DNA from: a virus
Taxonomy: Duplodnaviria; Heunggongvirae; Uroviricota; Caudoviricetes
DNA: 8,834 nucleotides
Virus record (IMG/VR): IMGVR_UViG_3300014515_000027
Direction: 5' to 3' (one strand)
The notes under the pieces were generated by a model that was not told the DNA's origin, searched no databases, and saw nothing but the letters and a program-made list of their open reading frames with translations. A program made the translations under genes and the position numbers. This document shows positions 1 to 6,220 of the stretch, piece after piece; positions within the stretch are counted from its first letter, which is position 1; each line of letters begins with the position of its first letter.

Positions 1-356
1 ACCATGACAGCGTTCTGTACTTCAGGGGCCAGCTTGTCAAAAGTGACGTTCATCGGATCGGATTCAGTCTCAACCGGGACAAAGGAAGCAGACTCCTCAT
101 CCCAGCGGTTTTCCTGCATATATTCAGCATCCCAGGAATCGAGGGCAGGGCGGGGTATGCCGGGTTTATCCTCACAGACAATAAATTTATAAGCGCAGTC
201 CTGAGCTGCAGGGAATTGCTCCAGAAATTGCCAATGAAATTTTGCGCGTGCGCGACGCTCATCACCAGCTTCAATGGCAGTGGCCACCGCAACAGCGCTA
301 TCTTCTTTTATGGCCTGTTCATCAGGAATAGCAGCGCAAATAAAGACCTTACTCAT
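1..356 (-). CDS. Hypothetical early-left-operon prophage protein, partial (C-terminus lies beyond the window start)
   Basis: Minus-strand ATG at 356..354 preceded by GAGG (367-370 on the minus strand) with a ~10-nt spacer. Frame is open to the window edge, translating as MSKVFICAAIPDEQAIKEDSAVAVATAIEAGDERRARAKFHWQFLEQFPAAQDCAYKFIVCEDKPG... Absent from the ORF track only because it runs off the window. Function not recognised. Confidence 0.6.
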   Translation of the reverse strand, partial: MSKVFICAAIPDEQAIKEDSAVAVATAIEAGDERRARAKFHWQFLEQFPAAQDCAYKFIVCEDKPGIPRPALDSWDAEYMQENRWDEESASFVPVETESDPMNVTFDKLAPEVQNAVM

Positions 357-451
357 TTTGTTTTAACCTCATTACAGATTTCAGGGTGAACGAATCCCTG
401 CCATTGCTGGCATTTTTAATCCGTTGGTATGGTGTTAATATGGCTGGAGGG

Positions 452-640
452 TTATCCAGCCGGTGTTTCGTTATTCAGGTACAGCGATACTTTTTTTAGC
501 GGGAGGCATTCACCAGAAATTTTTTGCTCGTCTCTTGCCTGGAGGCAGGATTCTTTACTTGCATAAATTCCGGTAATCACATTCTGTGATTCACCCGTTA
601 TAAGAAAAACCGTCATCATCAGTGCAAATGCTGAAGTCAT
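452..640 (-). CDS. Small hypothetical protein (62 aa) with a short hydrophobic N-terminal segment
   Basis: ATG at 640 with GGAG about 7 nt upstream on the minus strand; 4-nt ATGA overlap with the preceding gene. N-terminus MTSAFALMMTVFLITG is hydrophobic. No recognisable family. Confidence 0.4.
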   Translation of the reverse strand: MTSAFALMMTVFLITGESQNVITGIYASKESCLQARDEQKISGECLPLKKVSLYLNNETPAG

Positions 641-825
641 TGACGTTCTCCGAAAATACCAAGTTCAAGAAGAGCAATTCGGGAAAGTATGGAATTATCA
701 TTGAGCAGATAAGGCTCATATTTCCTCATATTAATGGCATCTTCAGTAAACTCCCGGTTACTGAGCAGAACACCAATATCAAAACAACCTTCAGACGTAT
801 TAACGTTTGGTAATAACGTTTCCAT
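637..825 (-). CDS. Small hypothetical protein (62 aa), leftward operon
   Basis: ATG at 825 with GAGGA about 7 nt upstream on the minus strand. Its stop overlaps the start of the next gene as ATGA at 637-640, suggesting translational coupling. No recognisable family. Confidence 0.45.
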   Translation of the reverse strand: METLLPNVNTSEGCFDIGVLLSNREFTEDAINMRKYEPYLLNDNSILSRIALLELGIFGERQ

Positions 826-1396
826 TATCGCGTCCTCAACAATGAATTTTGTGATGCAGTGCCTGGTGCCTCCAGGTGACGTTAACCAGTTAACAATTAA
901 CGCCGGGTTAGTTGATGCTCGTTACGCCCGTAAAATACCGCCTTACTGCTTTAACTGTTCCGCGTGCGCATAGCCGCATTCACCGCATCACAAAATTCAC
1001 TTTAAAAAGGGCGGCAGAGCAGTCACGGAGTAAAACTGATACCGCCAAATGTCACCAGAAAATTGATAACAGAGGGCGTTGTAGCGGGGTTGTCACTTAA
1101 GCGTATGGTCAACCTGACAACCCGGTGCATTTTCTGGAGCAATGGAGGAAACCCCAGCCATACTTACCGCCGCGCCATTTCGCGGAGTGCCACAACCGGA
1201 AGCGCACGGTCGAACTAAATTTAACGACACCGTACAGAGAGACCAATTTCGCCGTGCGCTTTCGCGTTATGCCCTGACTTTTCAGGGACATATCCTTTCA
1301 GTAAGCTGTCAGTGCCGGATGCTCACCCGTGTCCGGCGCACGCACTCCACCTGACCCGTGGAGAACTCCTTAATTACCAACCCTCAGGAGGGTGAA

Positions 1397-1675
1397 ATGG
1401 ATAAAAAGCAAATTGAGGCCCTGCAATCTATTATTGAAGAACAAGATGAAGCTATCAGGATTCTTTCATATCGCACTGATATGATACTAAATATGCTTTC
1501 TGCATTAACGGCTGCGCTTGGTGGTACAAAAACAAACGTATACCGCGAAGTTGTTATTCAACAGATAGATAAATTTGAAAAAACCATACCAGGTATTAAT
1601 GCTCATCTTGCAGAACAAGAGAAAGACCATGCTCTTATGGCAATTTCTTCAGTAGCTCTCCCGAAAGTTGAGTAG
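1397..1675 (+). CDS. Hypothetical protein (92 aa), predicted coiled-coil/helical; rightward-oriented gene embedded in leftward-operon territory
   Basis: ATG at 1397 preceded by AGGAGGG (1386-1392). The track ORF begins at an upstream GTG (1358) that has no ribosome-binding site. AT-rich by eye. Its 3' end overlaps the convergent gene 1635..2036 by about 40 bp. Confidence 0.55.
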   Translation: MDKKQIEALQSIIEEQDEAIRILSYRTDMILNMLSALTAALGGTKTNVYREVVIQQIDKFEKTIPGINAHLAEQEKDHALMAISSVALPKVE

Positions 1676-2036
1676 TTTTAATTGTTGTTTTGAAATAATC
1701 ACTGCTTTCACATTTGAGTGATTTCATGGCAATCCAAATGCGGGCCTCTGTGCCTGCATTTGGTTCCAGTTGCTGTAGACGTTTTGCGTCTTCCAAAAGT
1801 AAGGCGATAATGTGTTTCAGCTTCTCATCATTTGCTTGATTCTTGTTTTCAGGCGAATTCTGTCCGCCGAATAGGCGCTTCTCTTCATACAGACCTATAA
1901 AGGCACGACGCACGTTACCGGATATAGTATCGATGGTTTCCTTTTCTACGGTACTCAGGTCAAGAGTCGCCAGTTGAGAGCGAACCACATTCGATGCCAT
2001 TTCCTGGAATGGTACTGGTAAATCTTTAAATTCCAT
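1635..2036 (-). CDS. Hypothetical protein (~133 aa), AT-rich accessory gene
   Basis: Internal ATG at 2036 has GAGG with a 6-nt spacer upstream (minus strand); the track start at 2048 has no ribosome-binding site. Product begins MEFKDLPVPFQEMASNVVRSQLATLD... with no family motif recognised. Sits 11 nt downstream of the stop of 2048..2281. Confidence 0.6.
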   Translation of the reverse strand: MEFKDLPVPFQEMASNVVRSQLATLDLSTVEKETIDTISGNVRRAFIGLYEEKRLFGGQNSPENKNQANDEKLKHIIALLLEDAKRLQQLEPNAGTEARIWIAMKSLKCESSDYFKTTIKTTQLSGELLKKLP

Positions 2037-2047
2037 CGTCAACCTCA

Positions 2048-2281
2048 TCAGTCAGTGTTTCTGGTTAACCAGCGACGCGCGCCAGCTTCAGTTTTAAACG
2101 TTTTGCTTCTGGTATACGTCATCGCGGTGAACGTACCGTCCTGGTTGGGGAACACGCCACATACCAGAGATTCGCTGTTGCCAAGATCGATAGTATCCAT
2201 GCTGACCTCATTTCCCCTTAACGCCGGGGTAGCGGAACAAAAACCTGCTGCATAGTTATTAAAGTTGAACCCTGCCGTCAT
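2048..2281 (-). CDS. Small hypothetical protein (77 aa from the ATG at 2281, or 50 aa from the ATG at 2200); first gene downstream of the putative left operator
   Basis: Two candidate starts, each with a GAGG ribosome-binding site on the minus strand (9-nt spacer for 2281, 5-nt spacer for 2200). Forms a two-gene leftward unit with 1635..2036. Confidence 0.45.
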   Translation of the reverse strand: MTAGFNFNNYAAGFCSATPALRGNEVSMDTIDLGNSESLVCGVFPNQDGTFTAMTYTRSKTFKTEAGARRWLTRNTD

Positions 2282-2385
2282 GTTCTTACGCCTCGGGCTG
2301 GCTACTTAACCCCTGACCACTGCCTGGTAACTCGAAGTATTGCCCTGCATTCTGTGGGGCGGGGTGGGTTGGTATGAAAAGAAGG

Positions 2386-2424
2386 ATACCCATAGGTATT
2401 TAAAAAGTAAATACCCATGGGTAA
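2386..2424. promoter_or_regulatory. Putative left operator (OL-like): two TACC-N4-GGTA palindromes
   Basis: ATACC-CATA-GGTAT at 2386-2399 and the perfect palindrome TACCCATGGGTA at 2412-2423, centres about 25 bp apart, immediately beyond the 3' end of the repressor gene. Same half-site motif as the sites at 2904-2955. Confidence 0.45.
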
Positions 2425-2464
2425 ATTTTGCGGTGTCTTAACTGGTGACTAGTTGTTTGGTGAG

Positions 2465-2884
2465 CTATGATGCGTTTTGTGCTTTCTTTTTACGGATTTC
2501 TTCGTAGATCATATTGTAATACTGTTTTTTCTCTTCAAGAGTTTTTAATAATTTATCCGCTTCACTTTCTGGCAGTTCGTCTAAGAGATCTAAAAAAATA
2601 CGTTGTCGTGGCGTTAGAACCCTTGTTTCATAACTGGAGGCTGTGTTCGTTGATGATGAAACGATACCATCCATCCATCCCCGGGGTAACCCAAAGGACT
2701 CTTCGATAATCTCCACCATATCATCAGCGATCCGTTTTTTTCCCTTTTTCCCCTCTGGGTACAACATTCTTGATACATAAGAAGGCTCGCGCCCGATCTT
2801 TCTGGCCACGTTAACCGCTTTACCATCGCATTTCTCATCACGAATTTTGATGAGTTGCTGTCGTCTAAATTCATATTTGTCCAT
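2465..2884 (-). CDS. Prophage repressor, HTH DNA-binding protein without a LexA-like S24 peptidase domain (RacR-like)
   Basis: 139-aa ORF. Its N-terminal segment KAVNVARKIGREPSYVSRML looks like a helix-turn-helix; no peptidase-like C-terminal region. Divergent from the ydaS-like gene and flanked by operator palindromes. No Shine-Dalgarno before the ATG, but a TATTAT -10-like hexamer lies about 7 nt upstream, suggesting a leaderless transcript as for lambda cI. Confidence 0.8.
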   Translation of the reverse strand: MDKYEFRRQQLIKIRDEKCDGKAVNVARKIGREPSYVSRMLYPEGKKGKKRIADDMVEIIEESFGLPRGWMDGIVSSSTNTASSYETRVLTPRQRIFLDLLDELPESEADKLLKTLEEKKQYYNMIYEEIRKKKAQNAS

Positions 2885-2903
2885 AGGTAAATAATAGATG
2901 CGA

Positions 2904-2959
2904 TTACCGCAAGGTAAACAACCTGTGGGTATTGGCTTTTGTTTACCTGCGGGTATTCT
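2904..2959. promoter_or_regulatory. Putative right operator/promoter region (OR-like): three TACC-N4-GGTA sites overlapping a candidate rightward promoter
   Basis: TTACC-GCAA-GGTAA (2904-2917), aACC-TGTG-GGTAt (2920-2932) and TACC-TGCG-GGTA (2944-2955). Candidate rightward promoter: -35 TTGGCT (2932-2937), 16-nt spacer, -10 TATTCT (2954-2959), upstream of AAGGAG (2973-2978) and the ATG at 2985. Confidence 0.5.
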
Positions 2960-2984
2960 TTGCTGTGTTTACTAAGGAGTAGCT

Positions 2985-3266
2985 ATGGAAGAATTAAGAA
3001 TATTTCTCAATTCTCTTTCGTCAGATGAACAGCGTATGTTTGCATGCGAGTGTGGTACCAGCATCGGTTATCTAAGAAAGGCATTGAGTAAAGGTCAAGT
3101 GTTAGGGGCATCGTTATGTGTCCTTATTGAGCGAGCCAGTAATGGTGAAGTTACACGTCAGCAACTAAGGCCTTTTGATTGGATGAATATTTGGCCCGAG
3201 CTGGAAGATACCAAAACGTTAACACAACCACTTTCTAGGAGCTTGATTCATGAAAATCAAGCATGA
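2985..3266 (+). CDS. ydaS: YdaS-like Cro-type HTH protein
   Basis: 93 aa with a strong AAGGAG ribosome-binding site. Motifs CGTSIGYLRKALS ... EVTRQQLRPFDW...WPE match my recollection of the YdaS/Cro-like family. First gene of the rightward operon, divergent from the repressor. Confidence 0.7.
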   Translation: MEELRIFLNSLSSDEQRMFACECGTSIGYLRKALSKGQVLGASLCVLIERASNGEVTRQQLRPFDWMNIWPELEDTKTLTQPLSRSLIHENQA

Positions 3267-3675
3267 ACACATCCGCATGGCGATGAATGCCTGGGCGCGT
3301 CCTGATGGCGAAAAAGTTCCAGCAGCTGGAATAACCCAGGCTTATTTTGAGTTGGGTATGACGTTCCCGGAACTGTATGACGACAGCCATCCGGAAGCCC
3401 TGGCTCGCAATACCCAGAAAATTTTCCGCTGGGTAGAGAAAGCCCCCCCTGATGCTGTTGAAAAAATGCAGGCTCTGTTACCGGCGATCGAAAAGGCGAT
3501 GCCGCCTTTGCTGGTGGCCCGTATGCGCAGCCACAGTTCTGAATATTACCGTGAGATCGTCGAACGGAGGGATCGGCTGGTGAAGGATGTCGATGATTTT
3601 GTTGCGTCAGCGGTTGTTTTGTATGACCAGATGAATCGCGGCGGCCCGGCAGGGAATGCTGTGGTGATGCACTAA
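3250..3675 (+). CDS. ydaT: YdaT-like protein (reported CII-equivalent; toxic when derepressed)
   Basis: 141 aa beginning MKIKHEHI..., as I recall for YdaT. Start overlaps the ydaS-like stop by 17 nt; AGGAG at 3237-3241. Confidence 0.7.
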   Translation: MKIKHEHIRMAMNAWARPDGEKVPAAGITQAYFELGMTFPELYDDSHPEALARNTQKIFRWVEKAPPDAVEKMQALLPAIEKAMPPLLVARMRSHSSEYYREIVERRDRLVKDVDDFVASAVVLYDQMNRGGPAGNAVVMH

Positions 3676-3697
3676 AAGCACGGTGTTCGGGGGTTTT

Positions 3698-4660
3698 ATG
3701 AGCAGCAAGCTTCATGGTCTTGTCTGGGAAGGGTGCGCCTTCACCGGCATGATCTTATCCAGGGTGGCGGTTATGGCCCGTCTTGCAGACTACAGCAATG
3801 ACGAGGGCGTGTCATGGCCTGCCATTGAAACTATCCGGCGTCAGATCGGTGCAAGAAGTGAATCCACAGTGAAATCGGCTATTGCAGAACTGGCGAAAGA
3901 GGGCTGGCTGACGAAGGAAGAGCGTAAGGTCGGTGGGCGTAATGTAAGCAATATCTATCGGCTTAATGTGGAAAAACTCGAAGCAGCTGCGGCGGCGGCG
4001 CGTGAGTCATATAAACCGAAAAGAAAAATTAGCCCGGCAAAAAATGACCCGTTAACAGTTGACCCGTCAAATATTGACCCCTCAACGGTTGACCCGTCAA
4101 ATTTTGATGGATCAACTGTTGATAAAAAACTGCCGATTAGGGGGGCGATGATTGACCCCGATCCGTCAGTATTAAAACCTGATCCGTCAGATAAAAGATC
4201 TTCTTGTCCGGACGCTTCGCAACCGGACCCGCAGACGGCTGAACAGGATTTTTTAACCCGACACCCTGACGCGGTTGTGTTCAGTGCGAAAAAACGCCAG
4301 TGGGGAAGTCAGGAAGATTTGGTGTGCGCACAGTGGATCTGGGGACGAATCGTGAGTCTTTACGAGCAGGCGGCCAGCTATGATGGCGAGATCACTAGAC
4401 CGAAAGAACCCAACTGGACAGCATGGGCCAATGACGTTCGCACAATGCGGATGCTGGATGGCAGAACTCACAGACAAATTTGTGAAATGTTTGGGCGTCT
4501 CCAGCGGGATTCGTTCTGGGTAAAAAACATCATGAGTCCGGCAAAACTCCGGGAAAAATGGGATGAACTGGTTATCCGCCTGGGGCGTTCGCCTGCGCAG
4601 CGTTGCGTGAATCACATTTCTGAACCGGACACTGAAATACCGCCGGGATTCAGGGGGTGA
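3698..4660 (+). CDS. Phage replication initiation protein (N-terminal HTH domain; DnaT/O-like role), carrying internal repeats
   Basis: ATG at 3698 after a GGGGG run (3689-3693); the track start at 3683 is a GTG. N-terminal HTH-like segment VSWPAIETIRRQIGARSESTVKSAIAELAKEGWL. Lies immediately upstream of the DnaC-like gene, as O sits before P in lambda. Contains DP(L/S)(T/N)(V/I) peptide repeats encoded by the 15-bp DNA repeats at 4045-4104. Confidence 0.8.
   Translation: MSSKLHGLVWEGCAFTGMILSRVAVMARLADYSNDEGVSWPAIETIRRQIGARSESTVKSAIAELAKEGWLTKEERKVGGRNVSNIYRLNVEKLEAAAAAARESYKPKRKISPAKNDPLTVDPSNIDPSTVDPSNFDGSTVDKKLPIRGAMIDPDPSVLKPDPSDKRSSCPDASQPDPQTAEQDFLTRHPDAVVFSAKKRQWGSQEDLVCAQWIWGRIVSLYEQAASYDGEITRPKEPNWTAWANDVRTMRMLDGRTHRQICEMFGRLQRDSFWVKNIMSPAKLREKWDELVIRLGRSPAQRCVNHISEPDTEIPPGFRG
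4045..4134. repeat. Tandem 15-bp direct repeats (TGACCCGTCAA-N4 consensus) inside the initiator gene; candidate iterons/origin
   Basis: TGACCC at 4045, 4060, 4075 and 4090 with exact 15-bp period; degenerate TGAT units at 4105 and 4120. Followed by two GATCCGTCAG copies (4151-4160, 4172-4181) and A/T-rich runs. Confidence 0.55.
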
Positions 4661-4666
4661 CGTGTC

Positions 4667-5413
4667 ATGAAAAACATTGCGGCAGTTGGGGTTCTTGAAC
4701 GTATTCGCAGACTTGCACCACAGGGGTCGGTTCCACCGTACCGGACGGTGGAGGAGTGGCGGGAATGGCAACTTGCTGAAGGACGAAAACGCAGCGAGGA
4801 GATTAACCGCCAGAATCGCCAGTTGCGGGTGGAAAAAATCCTGAATCGTTCGGGCATCCAGCCTCTGCACAGCAAATGCTCGTTTGCAAATTATCAGGTG
4901 CAGAACGACGGGCAAAAATACGCGCTGAGCCAGGCCAAATCCATAGCTGACGAACTGATGACCGGGTGCACGAATTTTGTGTTCAGCGGTAAAACCGGCA
5001 CCGGGAAAAATCACCTTGCAGCGGCGATGGGCAACCGGCTGATGGTGAAGGGGCGCAGCGTGATTATCGTCACCGTGTCTGACGTCATGAGCGTGTTGCA
5101 TGACAGCTACGACAACGGCAAATCCGGGGAAAAATTTTTACAGGAGCTTTGCGGGGTTGATTTGCTGGTCCTGGATGAAATAGGCGTTCAGCGGGAGACG
5201 AAAAACGAGCAGGTGGTATTGCACCAGATAATTGATCGCCGGACAGCATCACTGTGCAGTGTCGGGATGTTAACAAACCTGAATCATGCCGCAATGAGTA
5301 CGCTTCTTGGTGAGAGGATTATGGACCGCATGACCATGAACGGTGGTCGATGGGTGACGTTTAACTGGGATAGCTGGCGTCCAAATGTCAGCAATATGAG
5401 GGTTGTGAAGTAA
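4667..5413 (+). CDS. DnaC-like helicase loader (AAA+ ATPase, IstB/DnaC family)
   Basis: 248 aa. Walker A GKTGTGKNHLAAAMG and Walker B LLVLDEIG are visible. GGGGG ribosome-binding site at 4653-4657. Start is 7 nt after the initiator stop. Confidence 0.9.
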   Translation: MKNIAAVGVLERIRRLAPQGSVPPYRTVEEWREWQLAEGRKRSEEINRQNRQLRVEKILNRSGIQPLHSKCSFANYQVQNDGQKYALSQAKSIADELMTGCTNFVFSGKTGTGKNHLAAAMGNRLMVKGRSVIIVTVSDVMSVLHDSYDNGKSGEKFLQELCGVDLLVLDEIGVQRETKNEQVVLHQIIDRRTASLCSVGMLTNLNHAAMSTLLGERIMDRMTMNGGRWVTFNWDSWRPNVSNMRVVK

Positions 5414-5434
5414 TTTTGTCCGGAGGAAATTTTA

Positions 5435-6205
5435 ATGGAAACCGTATCTGACGCACTGAAAGCACTGAAAAAAGCCTCTTCACATGTGGTGGCAGCTCGC
5501 CTTGGAATCAGTCGTGAAGAGGCTGTCAACGAGCTGTGGGAACTCAAAAGAAAAGGCGTCGTTGATAAAACTGGTCACACCTGGTTTCTGGCTGGCGAAG
5601 GTGAATCCCGGGTAACCGAAGAGCGGCCAGTAAAATCTGAAGCACAGGATATGCTGACCGGGGAGGTCGAACAAAAAGTTACCGCAGACATGATGATTGA
5701 GTTTATCGGTCAGGATGGGGCTAAAACGTGTGAGGAACTGGCGGGTAAGTTCGGTGTCAGTACTCGCAAGGTTGCTTCCACGCTGGCGGTGGTAACCGCA
5801 ACGGGGCGGCTGGCACGCGTTAATCAGAACGGTAAATTTCGTTACTGCATGCCGGGCGATAATTTACCAGCAGAGTCGAAAGCCGCGCTGGTAACGGAAA
5901 GTGATGGTAAGGCCTTTCCTCAGCCAGCAGGTGCTGCGTTACCAGTCCGGGAAGCCGCAACACAGGAAGAAATTAAAACAGAAACTGTGGCGGACATTGT
6001 GCAGCCGTTGCCATCGTTTACCGAAACGCAAGCAGATGAGCTGATTTTTCCGTCCCTTCGCAGGGCAAACCTGGCGCTGCGCAGGGCGAAAAGTGATGTT
6101 CAGAAGTGGGAGCGAGTCTGCGCCGCGCTGCGGGAGCTGAACAAGCACCGGGATATTGTTCGACAGATTACTGATTCTTCCCGCCGTGTTGTATCGGAAA
6201 AGTGA
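5435..6205 (+). CDS. Hypothetical prophage protein with two winged-helix-like segments
   Basis: 256 aa. GGAGG at 5421-5425 precedes the ATG. Two segments resemble each other: VVAARLGISREEAVNELWELKRKGVV and CEELAGKFGVSTRKVASTLAVVTATGRLARV. Confidence 0.65.
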   Translation: METVSDALKALKKASSHVVAARLGISREEAVNELWELKRKGVVDKTGHTWFLAGEGESRVTEERPVKSEAQDMLTGEVEQKVTADMMIEFIGQDGAKTCEELAGKFGVSTRKVASTLAVVTATGRLARVNQNGKFRYCMPGDNLPAESKAALVTESDGKAFPQPAGAALPVREAATQEEIKTETVADIVQPLPSFTETQADELIFPSLRRANLALRRAKSDVQKWERVCAALRELNKHRDIVRQITDSSRRVVSEK

Positions 6206-6220
6206 TTGCCGGAGGCGCTT

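Noticed and set aside
443-500. Possible plus-strand terminator (GGCTGGA/TCCAGCC stem with a nearby T-run)
   Set aside because: The T-tract is not directly adjacent to the stem, and the flanking genes are on the minus strand, where no T-run follows the hairpin. Insufficient evidence.
734-1354. Track ORFs 734..973(+), 912..1100(+), 1142..1354(+) and 1109..1291(-) as genes
   Set aside because: None has a credible ribosome-binding site or recognisable product. 734..973 overlaps the better-supported minus-strand gene 637..825. The region is reported as unexplained non-coding sequence instead.
2467-2874. ORFs 2467..2709(+) and 2614..2874(-) overlapping the repressor gene
   Set aside because: These are alternative frames of the repressor locus. 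Only the 2465..2884 minus-strand frame gives an HTH-containing product and fits the divergent operator and promoter layout.
3257-3715. 152-aa minus-strand ORF
   Set aside because: Antisense to the ydaT-like gene. Pro/Ser/His-rich low-complexity translation and no translation-initiation signals.
4045-4134. Possible CRISPR array
   Set aside because: The repeats are contiguous 15-bp units with no unique spacers, they lie inside a coding sequence, and no cas genes are present.
4253-5101. 282-aa minus-strand ORF, the longest ORF in the track
   Set aside because: It lies entirely antisense to the well-supported initiator and DnaC-like genes. It has no ribosome-binding site, and its His/Arg/Pro-rich composition is typical of an antisense frame through GC-rich coding DNA.
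4667-5413. IstB-like ATPase as part of an IS21-family insertion sequence
   Set aside because: No IstA transposase or terminal inverted repeats are adjacent. The context (directly after a replication initiator, in a prophage early operon) indicates a DnaC-like helicase loader.
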